This document shows, piece after piece, positions 1 through 12,720 of a stretch of 44,459 nt of DNA; position 1 is the stretch's first letter; the number at the start of each line of letters is the position of its first letter. The DNA comes from Octopus bimaculoides. Its lineage: Eukaryota. Below the pieces are notes generated by a model. The model was not told where the DNA came from. It saw only the letters and a list, made by a program, of their open reading frames with translations, and did no database searches. Made by a program: the position numbers and the translations under genes. The stretch is taken from positions 48,253,845-48,298,303 of the forward strand of contig NC_068997.1 of the NCBI RefSeq assembly GCF_001194135.2, written 5' to 3'.

Positions 1-198
1 ATGTCAAGAAGGAAATTTTTGTATTTTGCTAGGGCCGAAACTGCCCCTGGGGGTCAATTCCTGCCCTTGAAAATACACACAAATGAAGCCTAGGTGCTTC
101 GCAACAAAATTATTTAAAAATTCCAACAAAATGTGGACAGTAAAAGGTCAAATAAACGTTTACCTTCGCAGCCGATGTGACAGCACGTCCGTGAGAAG

Positions 199-270
<72 letters not shown>
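199..270. repeat. (AGAT)n microsatellite
   Basis: Pure tetranucleotide run. Confidence 0.97.
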
Positions 271-271
<1 letters not shown>

Positions 272-522
272 TGAAATGGGTTTTGTAGTCTCTCCATCTA
301 AGGCAGTAATTTCAATAGATTGAGAATTTATCATATACGGCATTCAGTAAAGCCTACCTTAACTTGAATTATGTAAATGTATGCTGTTTGCTGCTTTGAG
401 TAATTTCTGCTTGTTCAATTTTATCTTATTTTTAGTCATTCAAATTATCATTGACCAAAAATATGCCGAACTCTCTTCTCATTAATACAGACAGAACACA
501 AAAAAACTGATCTGTAGGGTAA

Positions 523-581
523 GTTCAACTGTACTATACTGACGAGGTCAAATTTACCGACATATATGTCCACAGTTGAAC
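523..581 (+). ncRNA. Degenerate type I hammerhead-ribozyme-like motif
   Basis: CTGACGA at 539-545, helix II GGT/ACC, GACA in place of GAAA, GTC at 568-570. Enclosed by a perfect 10-bp stem GTTCAACTGT (523-532) / ACAGTTGAAC (572-581). Confidence 0.5.
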
Positions 582-739
582 ATTTCTTATAAACAACGAA
601 AGAGGAGATTATCTATTCCTTAAGCAAGTATATTTACTTCAGCAATTTATTTCTGATCTTTTGCAATGATCTCTTTTATTCTCCTTAGTCGCTAACAATT
701 AGTTGTTTCTGCTGGTCCCTCTAACAGCTAAAAAATACC

Positions 740-922
740 AACAAATTCTTACACAAAATCCTTCTCTACCATCTTTAAATCAGAGAGGAGAAACTGGATA
801 AAGTGATACTGGATTCGGTTCGGTGCTTTGCACGTAAAACAAAGGATGAGATGATCACGGCCGGAACGGTTTTGATCCTAGATCTGCTTGGTAAAGATCT
901 GATCAGTAGCTAAGCAACAACA
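740..922 (+). repeat. Dispersed short repeat (family S4) ending ...GATCACGGCCGGAA...GCTAAGCAACAACAA
   Basis: Similar segments at 14417-14545 (minus), about 20375-20445 and about 20870-20935. Confidence 0.55.
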
Positions 923-1009
923 ACGATGTAAGCGATGTAACCGACATCAGCATCACCAATATATTAAACAATCGATCACAGCCGAGGAAACTTTTAGATA
1001 AAAGAATCA

Positions 1010-1349
1010 TCACCACCACCTCTTCCGCCCCATCATCATCATCATCATCATCACCCCACCCCCTTGCCATCATCATCATCATCATCATCATCACCACCAC
1101 CAGCACCTCCTCGACCACCACCACCACCACTACCATCACCACCACCACCACTACCACTATCACCGCCACCATCGCACCTATCATCATCACCACTACCACC
1201 ACCACTACCATCACGTCTATCATTATCATCATCATCATTGCCACCATTACCATCATCATCGTCATCAACATCATCATCACCACCAGCATTTGCCCCACCA
1301 CCACCATCACGCCTATCATTATCATCTTTACCATCAACGTCACCATCAC

Positions 1350-1386
<37 letters not shown>

Positions 1387-1445
1387 GTCATCACCATTAT
1401 CACGAGCATCATCATCATCATCATCATCATCTTCAGCAGCGATAG
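1010..1445. repeat. Compound (ATC)n/(ACC)n trinucleotide low-complexity tract
   Basis: Direct reading. It explains the poly-M, poly-D and poly-S/P ORFs. Confidence 0.95.
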
Positions 1446-1620
1446 CAACAATAAAACTCACCCCGTTGCTAAAATGGCAATTCTAAAAGCCATCCAAGAT
1501 TAACTTTCGAAACATTGATAGATATTTCCGACGTCAAATTTCTAGAGGCAATGGCGGAAAATATTCCATGTACATGCCGTCCGATGAATTAGTAAGATGC
1601 TTCTCGTTGCTTAACACTAT

Positions 1621-1622
1621 CG

Positions 1623-1679
<57 letters not shown>

Positions 1680-1892
1680 TGTTGGGGGTTTTTTTAACTT
1701 CTTCATCTTCTTCTTCTTGCTGCTGTTCTTCTCCAACTAAATGTGACTGTGTTGAAATACTGATGGGAACCGACATAAATATTGATAGACATAGACACAC
1801 GCACAAACACACTGATCACTTAAGAAATACGCGGGCGTGTGTGTATATGTGCGTGTGTGTGTGTCTGTGTTTCTGTGTGTGTATCTGTGGGG

Positions 1893-1979
<87 letters not shown>

Positions 1980-2049
1980 GTGCTTATGGAAAGTTATATG
2001 GGTATTTATGAGAGTGCATGCCTATCTGTGTAGGTGTTGGTATGAGTGT

Positions 2050-2097
<48 letters not shown>
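1621..2097. repeat. (GTT)n, (GT)n and (AT)n microsatellite cluster
   Basis: Direct reading. Confidence 0.93.
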
Positions 2098-2099
<2 letters not shown>

Positions 2100-2539
2100 A
2101 TTTAGATCTTGGCTTCTGTAAGTGAGTGACTAAGGGTGTGAATGTGTATGTGTATATATTTTGTTACTTATTGACATGTGGCAAAATATATTCATGTGTG
2201 TGTATGTGTGTCTGATTGTAGTTGTATATGTGTATAAGCGTGTTTGTGCGTGTGTATGAGAGAAGAAGAGAGGAAAAGAAGAGGGGAAAGATATAAAGGG
2301 AGAGAGAGAGAGAGTGTGTGATTGAATGAGAGATAAAGTGGAAAAGTGAGAGCGAGATGTAGTCGAAGAGAAACCGACGCAAACTTGGTGAAAGAGTTTT
2401 AACCAAAGGCTAATTCCAAGGAAGAACAAGACAAGAACTTATAAGATTTCCACCAGACTAGGTTAGAATATTCAACTTGAAAAATATACTCTATAATAAT
2501 ATATTATTCCGGTATACTATTCAGATACATGCGCAGCAA

Positions 2540-2651
2540 TATATATATACATGTGCATACAAACAGAAATACACACATGGACATAAATACTCACATACAT
2601 ACATGCATACACATATATATATTTATATATACATATATATATATACATACA

Positions 2652-2731
<80 letters not shown>

Positions 2732-3254
2732 TANNNNNNNNNNNNNNNNNNNNNNNNNNNNNNNNNNNNNNNNNNNNNNNNNNNNNNNNNNNNNNNNNNN
2801 NNNNNNNNNNNNNNNNNNNNNNNNNNNNNNNNNNNNNNNNNNNNNNNNNNNNNNNNNNNNNNNNNNNNNNNNNNNNNNNNNNNNNNNNNNNNNNNNNNNN
2901 NNNNNNNNNNNNNNNNNNNNNNNNNNNNNNNNNNNNNNNNNNNNNNNNNNNNNNNNNNNNNNNNNNNNNNNNNNNNNNNNNNNNNNNNNNNNNNNNNNNN
3001 NNNNNNNNNNNNNNNNNNNNNNNNNNNNNNNNNNNNNNNNNNNNNNNNNNNNNNNNNNNNNNNNNNNNNNNNNNNNNNNNNNNNNNNNNNNNNNNNNNNN
3101 NNNNNNNNNNNNNNNNNNNNNNNNNNNNNNNNNNNNNNNNNNNNNNNNNNNNNNNNNNNNNNNNNNNNNNNNNNNNNNNNNNNNNNNNNNNNNNNNNNNN
3201 NNNNNNNNNNNNNNNNNNNNNNNNNNNNNNNNNNNNNNNNNNNNNNNNNNNNNN

Positions 3255-3304
<50 letters not shown>

Positions 3305-3400
3305 GTTCAGCTATCAATCTATTTATCTGTCTCTTTTTCTTTCTCTCTATCTCTCTCTATCTATCTATATATCTATCTACCTATCTACCTATCTATCTAT
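2540..3400. repeat. (AT)n/(ATAC)n/(CTAT)n microsatellites around gap 2734-3254
   Basis: Direct reading. Confidence 0.93.
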
Positions 3401-3410
3401 TTATTTGTCA

Positions 3411-3530
3411 GTTCGGCAAAGGGCAACAGTAGAAGAAGTAGCAGGCATAAAAAAATATATTGGAGTCGATGCCTTCGACTAAAATTCTTCAAGGTGGTGC
3501 CCCAAGATGACCGCAGTCTAATGACAAGAA
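3411..3530 (+). mobile_element. Diverged 3' tail of SINE family S2
   Basis: GTTCGGCAAA...GGAGTCGATGCCTTCGACT...AAGGTGGTGCCCCAAGATGACCGCAGTC aligns with 28870-28980. Confidence 0.75.
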
Positions 3531-3539
3531 TATGTAACA

Positions 3540-3634
3540 CGGTGAACTGGCTGAATCGTTAGCACGGCGGGCAAATTACTTGGCAGCATTTTGCCCGTCT
3601 TTATGTTCTGAGTTCAAATTCCAACGAAGTCGAC
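3540..3634 (+). mobile_element. SINE family S1, 5' half (tRNA-like head), truncated at GTCGAC
   Basis: Matches 10570-10670, including the B-box-like GAGTTCAAATTCC. Confidence 0.8.
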
Positions 3635-3664
3635 GTGCTAACGTTTCTGCCAGCTCGCCGTCTT
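3635..3664 (-). mobile_element. SINE S1, first 30 nt in reverse orientation
   Basis: Reverse complement reads AAGACGGCGAGCTGGCAGAAACGTTAGCAC, the S1 head. Confidence 0.8.
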
Positions 3665-3679
3665 AAAAAAACAATAATC

Positions 3680-3804
3680 TTTTCTACTCCAGGAACAAGC
3701 GCCGAAATTTTGAGAGAGGGGTCCAGTCGATTAGATGGACCCCAAAACGCAACTGGTATTTAATTTATCGACCCCGAAAGGATGAAAGACAAAGTCGACC
3801 TCGG
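3680..3804 (-). mobile_element. SINE S1, 3' half
   Basis: Reverse complement GAGGTCGACTTTGTCTTTCATCCTTTCGGGGTCGATAAATTAAATACCAG...AGTAGAAA matches 10660-10783. Confidence 0.85.
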
Positions 3805-4484
3805 AGATGGGATATATAATGTACAGAGAGAGAGAGAGGAGGAGGACTGAGAAACTGCTAGATACAAATTAGTCAATATTAATCTGGAATACAGAACTTG
3901 TTACCTTTATCTCTGTCATCATTTGGTACGTAACACATTGCGTGAAATTTTATATACATCAAAATATACCACGTATATTCTATAATCTGAAATTCTATGA
4001 AATTCTGTTATTTGAAATTTATTTTTTCTTCATAACCGCTTTTCAAAGTTTGCATCTGTTTGTGTGTATAACAGAATAACTGCTCAGATATCTCTAAACT
4101 AATGATATGACGATGTGGTTTGAACTAACCAATGAGTGATTATTTTTTTTCGTTTTGGTGCGAATAACTGCATGTCACAATGGAGATGGTTTTCATTAAA
4201 TGATGACGACGCAGTATCGTTTCGAATCCGAACGGCCAAATCGCATTTTAAATATTTAAACTCACCCTATTCCTCTGAATATTTTAAATCTGCACGTGTA
4301 GATCATATTACCTGATTTACCATTGATACTCCTACCCGAATTTATATACCTGTAGTCATTTTTGGAACTGTTGCACTATCTTTCTTCATTTTCACAACTT
4401 TTAACATTATATATGCAATAATTTATTTACAAGTTCTCATTAAAATTTGATGAAGTCAAGAGATGAAGCTGTTCAACCGAACTA

Positions 4485-4691
4485 CGCTCTCTCTCTCTCT
4501 CTCTCTCTCTCTTCGTATATGTGTTTGTATGTATATATGTAGGAATGTTTTCATGTATGTATATATCTATGTATGTATGAATGTATGTATGTATATATGT
4601 GTGTGTGCGTGTGTGTGAGTATGTATGTATATACGTATATATACATATATATGTATGTATATATATGTCTATATATGTATATGTATATATA

Positions 4692-4745
<54 letters not shown>
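4485..4745. repeat. (CT)n/(GTAT)n/(AT)n microsatellites before gap 4746-5204
   Basis: Direct reading. Confidence 0.93.
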
Positions 4746-5294
4746 NNNNNNNNNNNNNNNNNNNNNNNNNNNNNNNNNNNNNNNNNNNNNNNNNNNNNNN
4801 NNNNNNNNNNNNNNNNNNNNNNNNNNNNNNNNNNNNNNNNNNNNNNNNNNNNNNNNNNNNNNNNNNNNNNNNNNNNNNNNNNNNNNNNNNNNNNNNNNNN
4901 NNNNNNNNNNNNNNNNNNNNNNNNNNNNNNNNNNNNNNNNNNNNNNNNNNNNNNNNNNNNNNNNNNNNNNNNNNNNNNNNNNNNNNNNNNNNNNNNNNNN
5001 NNNNNNNNNNNNNNNNNNNNNNNNNNNNNNNNNNNNNNNNNNNNNNNNNNNNNNNNNNNNNNNNNNNNNNNNNNNNNNNNNNNNNNNNNNNNNNNNNNNN
5101 NNNNNNNNNNNNNNNNNNNNNNNNNNNNNNNNNNNNNNNNNNNNNNNNNNNNNNNNNNNNNNNNNNNNNNNNNNNNNNNNNNNNNNNNNNNNNNNNNNNN
5201 NNNNGACCCCTAGGCGTCAGCCACATTTAAGTAGCAATATACTTCACTTTATCGTGCAGTTACTGTTAATACCTCGTTTAGAGAATTAACATTG

Positions 5295-5342
<48 letters not shown>

Positions 5343-5695
5343 ATATATATATATAAAGCGTTAATTAGGAGGAAAGCAATCCAATGTATTACATCTTCAG
5401 AACAACTGACTTGTAAATAAGGAAATTTTAAACAATGATTTTGAGGTGTCTCAGGATTGCCTTCTGCCTGAAGAGCATACAATTAAGTGCAGGCTAACAT
5501 ATACTTAATATAATGAATTAAAAAAATATTTTTAATGAATATAAATAAATTTAAGACTTTGTAATCCTTTCTAGATTTTCCGTTATTATGTCTTTAAAAT
5601 CAGTCGTATTGAAGCTTTTCTGGACATAGCAAAGTATTAGGTGAGGGAGATTTCGTTGCTATCTCAAGCAGACAATTAAGAGACCGGGAGGACTG

Positions 5696-5697
<2 letters not shown>

Positions 5698-5764
<67 letters not shown>

Positions 5765-5917
5765 CGACGACGACGACGATGATGATACTTGTGGTAGTGC
5801 TGGTGGTGGTGGTGGTGGTGGTGGTAGTGGTGGTTATCATGATGATGGTGATAATGATGATGATGACGACGATGATGATGGTGGTGGTGGTGGTGATAAT
5901 TATGATGATGATGAGGG

Positions 5918-5950
<33 letters not shown>

Positions 5951-7030
5951 CGGCGATGATTATTATGTTGATGATGCTATTGGTAATGATGATCTCGATA
6001 AAANNNNNNNNNNNNNNNNNNNNNNNNNNNNNNNNNNNNNNNNNNNNNNNNNNNNNNNNNNNNNNNNNNNNNNNNNNNNNNNNNNNNNNNNNNNNNNNNN
6101 NNNNNNNNNNNNNNNNNNNNNNNNNNNNNNNNNNNNNNNNNNNNNNNNNNNNNNNNNNNNNNNNNNNNNNNNNNNNNNNNNNNNNNNNNNNNNNNNNNNN
6201 NNNNNNNNNNNNNNNNNNNNNNNNNNNNNNNNNNNNNNNNNNNNNNNNNNNNNNNNNNNNNNNNNNNNNNNNNNNNNNNNNNNNNNNNNNNNNNNNNNNN
6301 NNNNNNNNNNNNNNNNNNNNNNNNNNNNNNNNNNNNNNNNNNNNNNNNNNNNNNNNNNNNNNNNNNNNNNNNNNNNNNNNNNNNNNNNNNNNNNNNNNNN
6401 NNNNNNNNNNNNNNNNNNNNNNNNNNNNNNNNNNNNNNNNNNNNNNNNNNNNNNNNNNNNNNNNNNNNNNNNNNNNNNNNNNNNNNNNNNNTGATAATGA
6501 TGATGATGACGACGATGATGATGGTGGTGGTGGTGGTGGCGGTGCTGAGGTTCTGGGTGATGGTTGTAGTGGTGGTGGTGGTTGCGGTGGTAGTTGTGGC
6601 AGTGGTGCAGGTTGTAGCCGTGGTGCTGGGTGTGAAGGTGGTGGTTTTAGTGGTGGTGATGGTGGCGGCGTTGATGGTGGTTGTAAAGGTCATGATGGTT
6701 GTGGTGACGGCTGTGGAGTTTGATGATGGCGCTGCGGCAGTGGTGGTGGTGGTGGTTGTCGTCGTCGTCGTCGTCGTGGATGTGGTATTTTGTAGTGATA
6801 CTGCAGGCAGTATAATGCTGATGGTAAGGTGGCAGTATAACAATGGTAGTTTTATTTGTTGCAGCAGTAGTGGTTGTAGTAGGAGTCGTTGTGTGTGTTT
6901 TGCAATGGCTATAGTGCTAATGGTGTTGCTGAAGGTGTTGGTGGTATAGCAGAAGGGGTAGTAGTTATGTTTAGGCTGCAGTAGTGTTGATATGACAATT
7001 GTAGTATGAGGGCTAGTAGTAGAAGTGGTG
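5698..7030. repeat. Compound (CTG)/(GAT)/(GGT)/(GTA) trinucleotide tract spanning gap 6004-6491
   Basis: Direct reading. Confidence 0.92.
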
Positions 7031-7069
7031 GTAATTCTCGAGGTTGTACTTGTAGTAGCTTAATTTTAT

Positions 7070-7182
7070 ATATGTGTGTGTGTGCGTGTGCGTGTATGTG
7101 TGTGTGCGTGTGCGTGTATGTGTGTGTGTTTATGTATATATATATATATATATACACACACATACACACACGCACGCACACA

Positions 7183-7272
<90 letters not shown>
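7070..7272. repeat. (GT)n-(AT)n-(CA)n-(AT)n microsatellites
   Basis: Direct reading. Confidence 0.95.
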
Positions 7273-7275
<3 letters not shown>

Positions 7276-8384
7276 TTTTATTCACCCAACTTGGTAAGAA
7301 CTTATTTAGGAGATTTCAGAATCAGTCAGCTTACTATTGTTTACCAAACACTGAGGAATCATGTTCAGCATGTGCTAGAATGCAAATCCTACATGACGCT
7401 TGAAAATTAATCAATAATTACCAAAATGGGTACAGCTTTATGTAAGATTGATTATATTGAATGATGATGAAACGATTGTAAATGAAGTATTAAAATGATT
7501 TGCGAGCATCATGCTTTGATATTTGTCCCTATGCATTATCTGTAGATATTTGTGAAATTTCAGACAATTCGAAGGTTAGTGAAAAAGCTCTCCATTTGTC
7601 AATTTTCTGAATTCCTCTATGAAAATGGTTCATGCAGTAACATATAACTTATATATATATATAAAATCTAACTCACGATGTGTGTGAGTGTGTGTCGATT
7701 TTACCCTCCTTAGCGAAATTTGGTGAACGGGAATCTTTTGTATGGACCTGTAAGATACGTATGTATGCACATATGTATGTATTTATCTATCAAACAATTT
7801 ATTTCTCTATATAATTATCTATATACCTAACTCCATGCCTGTGACCATCACGTATTTACGATATTATTTTGCTTGAGGTTACAAGCTTAATCATATACGA
7901 ATCCTATACATATTGTAAATCAAAATAACCCAATAATGAGAACTAATTTGAAATAAGAAAGTCACAAACCCTATTCAGTTAGATTGAATAAATTATCGCG
8001 CATTCTTTATTGAATAAATTATAAAGCAATACGATGTGTATTCATATAGGAAATTTGATATCAAATAACATAGATAGTTATACCACCAGTGTTTGCCATA
8101 ATATTTTAATATCCACACTGTCGTTAATTATATGTTGATATAATATTGAAATAAGGAAGCATTCTCCATGTCAAATCAGAAAGCTAATGGCTTAACTGAT
8201 GACATATAATGGGCGCAGATGCACCTGAGGAGAAGTTAATACATACATGGATATTGAAATGCATGCATACACACGTACATATACACAGATGTGTGTGTAT
8301 GTATCTTTATATACATGCACACAGATATCTTCACACATACACACATATACACATAGAAAAGGGAAGAGAGAAATAACCTTCTTC

Positions 8385-8387
8385 CTG

Positions 8388-8430
<43 letters not shown>

Positions 8431-8435
8431 CTCTC

Positions 8436-8470
<35 letters not shown>

Positions 8471-8474
8471 GTCC

Positions 8475-8535
<61 letters not shown>

Positions 8536-8723
8536 CCTATCTATCTGTCAATCTATCTATCGATAGATGTATATATATNNNNNNNNNNNNNNNNNNNNNN
8601 NNNNNNNNNNNNNNNNNNNNNNNNNNNNNNNNNNNNNNNNNNNNNNNNNNNNNNNNNNNNNNNNNNNNNNNNNNNNNNNNNNNNNNNNNNNNNNNNNNNN
8701 NNNNNNNNNNNNNNNNNNNNNNN

Positions 8724-8755
<32 letters not shown>
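8385..8755. repeat. (CTAT)n and (AT)n around gap 8579-8723
   Basis: Direct reading. Confidence 0.95.
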
Positions 8756-8756
<1 letters not shown>

Positions 8757-10054
8757 CTATCAATGGATAAGAAATCGAATGAATTTCGGAATGTGTTCAA
8801 ATCTAATGAGAGATTTTTCACGGCTTTCGCGAAATAGCATGTTGTACAGGGTGCGGTAAACATTTCAACACCCTATGAACATGTGGACTATTCCTCATCT
8901 CAGTAGTATATCAACAGAAAAACATAACAAAATCTGTCTAACCTTACAAACGCCTCCCTATTAGTTTTATAAAATACGGGAGGTTTCTCGGGTACATTTA
9001 CGGCTGGATTTACTCTTTTCATCCGGTAGTTGAATCAGGTTATACGTCTGTATTCTAATAACTCGGAAACCACAACTACAACTATCACTACCACCACAAC
9101 AACTACTACAACAAATATAGACACAACAGCTATCCCTATAAACTTTATTCTGGTAGAATTCATTTTTTCTAATATGACACTTTACAATATTTCAATCCTT
9201 CTATTTAAATTGCCTCTTATTTTCATTAAAATATATTTAATTATAGCCTATATCACAGCAAAATTGTTAACACGAGTCTCTTTCTAGTTCCATATATAAC
9301 TGAATAATTCTTTTTCGCTTCTTACTTCTGCGTTCTTAAAAGTGGATTTCTAATTTAAGATGAAATCTTTTAATACTGCTTTCACGCCTACTACAATTTA
9401 AAATTCTTCGGTGTCTGTTTTGCCCGGTTTAGACTTTATTTTCGACTTGGAAATACCATAATAGCTTTTGATAAAAGTTCGTCAGGTTAAATTGTTCTGT
9501 GCACTCAATGGTGAGTTTCAAACAAATACTATTACAGTAATCCCGAGCCAAAAATACAGCTTCAAGCGGGTAATACAGGCTGAATCATTAATTCTCAAAG
9601 TTAATATGCATGCTTAAGGGAGGAAAACTGATCTCTGCAGTCAATGAACAACTAAGGGTATATTTCGATCTCTTAGACCCCTTCATTTAAGCAGCATAAT
9701 GTAATCTAAGCCCTCCGAGAAAAAAATTGCGAATATATTTTTCCAGTGTAATTTGAATATTTAAAATAGAATGAGCTCAAGGATATAAGCCAAATCGTCC
9801 AAAGGTATAAATTTGTATAACTAAATCTAAGTGTGATGTATTGAATATCTCACACACAGAAAATCTTAATTAATTGAAATTCACTCCTGAAACTCGATGT
9901 GAGACAGGACACCAAAACCTAGAGAAAGTGTTAGCGACTATCAAGGTAAAGGGGTGATAATTTTAATACATTATTACTTATTTCAAAATGAATTTACTCA
10001 TTTAAGTGAAGCCAAGTCGGATATTTGCTATGCAATAATTTTTAGTCCATGAAA

Positions 10055-10367
10055 CCTCATCAGTGTTGTGTCTATGTCAAGTGACAGATTTTCAGTGCTG
10101 ATTAATTTGCCTTTTCTCAGTGTGACTCTGGCAGATTTGTCCAGCCCCATACTCATTGCGATGTTCTTGCTGGAGCTATGGACAATTTTGAGAATGCTTA
10201 GCAAAAACGTTTAAGTCATCCACGAACAGGAGATGGTCTATTGTTTGTTCATAACACCTATAACCCATGATGGTGATGTTTAACAAGTTTCTTAGCGGAG
10301 TCAGAGAAAGGCCAAAAGACAGGAGTGACAATGAATCACTCTGGAAAATCCCACTTTTTATGGGTAT
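10055..10367 (-). mobile_element. R4/Dong-clade non-LTR retrotransposon reverse transcriptase fragment (pseudogenised; absent from the ORF track)
   Basis: Hand translation gives IPIKSGIFQSDSLSLLSF...TIDHLLFVDDLNVFAK (FVDD at 10226-10215). After a frameshift it continues KIVHSSSKNIAMSMGLDKSARVTLRKGKL. These match the GIFQGDSLSP, HLLYMDDLKLYA and MxFGLDKCA motifs. Confidence 0.8.
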
Positions 10368-10462
10368 AGGGTAGGTTTTAATGATTTGTGACTTTTAATG
10401 TTGTATTGGTTTTCTGGTTTGCTATTTCGTGTTTAATATATTTTAGTAGTGGTGGAGATACC

Positions 10463-10524
<62 letters not shown>

Positions 10525-10569
10525 GTTATTATTATTATTATTATCATCATCACCAACATCATTATTATT
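10463..10569. repeat. (TTA)n/(ATC)n microsatellite
   Basis: Direct reading. Confidence 0.96.
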
Positions 10570-10783
10570 AAGGCGGTGAGCTGGAAGAATAGTTATCACA
10601 CCAGGGAAAATACTTAGCGGCATTTCATCCGTCCTTACATTCTGAGTTCAAATTCCGCCGAGGACGACATTGCCTTTCATCCTGTAGAGGTCAATGAAAT
10701 AAGTACCAGTTACGCACTGGGGTCGATGTAATCAACGAGCCCCTTCGCCCCAAAATTTCAACCTTTGTACCTATAGTAGAAAG
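10570..10783 (+). mobile_element. SINE family S1, near full length
   Basis: AGGCGGTGAGCTGG head, GAGTTCAAATTCC B-box-like motif, central GCCTTTCATCC...AAGTACCAG segment, AGTAGAAA tail. Several copies occur in the window. Confidence 0.88.
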
Positions 10784-10795
10784 CATTATTATTCT

Positions 10796-10796
<1 letters not shown>

Positions 10797-10860
<64 letters not shown>

Positions 10861-10976
10861 ATACTTCGTATTGAGAAGGATTAATCAATCCTAAAGGCAG
10901 GACTAAAAGAAGCAGGCGAATCAGATAAAGGGAAGCGATACCAAAGATCTGATAAAGACAACAGCTCCTCTACATG

Positions 10977-11010
<34 letters not shown>

Positions 11011-11174
11011 AATCAATCAATCTATCTGTCTGTCTATCTGTCTGTCTGTCGATCTGTCTGTCTGTCTATCTGTCTGTCTGTCGATCTGTTTGTCTTGGCT
11101 GGCTCCGTGTCTACCTATCTCCATGTATGTGTGAGTGTGTGTGTTTGTATTTACGTAGATACTTGTCTCTATAT

Positions 11175-11207
<33 letters not shown>

Positions 11208-11381
11208 GCAGAAGCAGGCACACATGCACACATAGACACACACATAGACACACATATATGCATATATGCATACACATATATACACATATACATGTACACT
11301 TATCTATGAAAATTTCTCTCTCTCTCTAACGCTCTCTCTGTCTCTCTCTCTCTCACTCTCTCTGTCTATCTGTCTCACTCT

Positions 11382-11431
<50 letters not shown>

Positions 11432-11573
11432 TTGATTTCTCTAAAGTATCATTTAGGATCTTACTGATCTTCCATTTTTCCAGGGGCCAAAGATATTATA
11501 TATACCAACATAATATACATACATACATGCACATATATATATTTATGTATATGTATATATATGTCTACACACA

Positions 11574-11605
<32 letters not shown>

Positions 11606-11995
11606 TTAATGGGGAGGGAGAGAAAGGGGGAGACATACAGAAAGATATAGATAAAACGTACATGTCCATTATATGTGGTGGTGCTTGTATGTGTGCACTT
11701 GTGTGTATGCGAGTGTGTGTGTGCGTGTGTGTATGTGTGTGTATGCGAGTGTGTGTGTGTATGTGTGTATGTGTGTACATATATACAGCAGGGGGCTAAA
11801 CATTTCTCTCTTAATCTTTCTTGAGCACTCAACTACATATAAATACAATTTCACACACACACACACATACACACACACACAAACACACTCACACACACAC
11901 AAATATATGTTGCGTGTGAATGTGTGTGTATATATGTGTATATATATAATACACACATCATGCATATATACACACATATATAAATATAGAGAGTG
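10797..11995. repeat. Mixed microsatellite field: (GTA)n, (CTAT)n, (CTGT)n, (CA)n, (CT)n, (GT)n
   Basis: Direct reading, with short unique spacers. Confidence 0.88.
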
Positions 11996-12071
11996 AGAGA
12001 TGGAATGAATGAATGTTTATCACTTGTTGCATCAATGATACCCTACATGTTCAGCATAGAGACACAATTAT

Positions 12072-12249
12072 ATACGCACATTTATACACAAGCAACGTAT
12101 ATTCTTTACCCCTCTGGTGTATATTCAATTCACATATATTGCAAACTTGTTCCATACTTCAATCTCTGACAGACTAAGTGATTATTCCATTACCACCCAT
12201 TTTGCTTTCGCTGCTGTTTTATATACTCTTCTATGGTACTTGTATGTAG

Positions 12250-12290
<41 letters not shown>

Positions 12291-12688
12291 NNNNNNNNNN
12301 NNNNNNNNNNNNNNNNNNNNNNNNNNNNNNNNNNNNNNNNNNNNNNNNNNNNNNNNNNNNNNNNNNNNNNNNNNNNNNNNNNNNNNNNNNNNNNNNNNNN
12401 NNNNNNNNNNNNNNNNNNNNNNNNNNNNNNNNNNNNNNNNNNNNNNNNNNNNNNNNNNNNNNNNNNNNNNNNNNNNNNNNNNNNNNNNNNNNNNNNNNNN
12501 NNNNNNNNNTATACGCACATTTATACACAAGCAACGTATATTCTTTACCCCTCTGGTGTATATTCAATTCACATATATTGCAAACTTGTTCCATACTTCA
12601 ATCTCTGACAGACTAAGTGATTATTCCATTACCACCCATTTTGCTTTCGCTGCTGTTTTATATACTCTTCTATGGTACTTGTATGTAG

Positions 12689-12712
<24 letters not shown>
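12072..12712. repeat. Identical ~200 bp direct duplication on either side of gap 12291-12510
   Basis: 12072-12273 equals 12511-12712 (offset 439). Probably an unmerged contig overlap. Confidence 0.9.

Positions 12713-12720
<8 letters not shown>

Noticed and set aside
491-524. Possible micro-exon (TACAG|...TAGG|GTAAGT)
   Set aside because: Only short splice-like motifs support it, there is no recognisable peptide, and the donor overlaps the hammerhead-like stem.
5467-5495. CTGAAGA followed by a GCA/TGC stem
   Set aside because: No GAAA, helix III or helix I follows. At most it is a remote relic.
7650-7760. TATATATAAAATC...GTGTGTG resembling a Helitron 5' end
   Set aside because: No matching hairpin-CTAG end was found nearby.
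8845-8880. TACAGGGTGCGGTAAA resembling a Tc1/mariner TIR start
   Set aside because: No partner TIR or transposase sequence was seen.
10121-10213. Strong plus-strand splice acceptor followed by short open frames
   Set aside because: Better explained as the antisense strand of the R4/Dong RT fragment.
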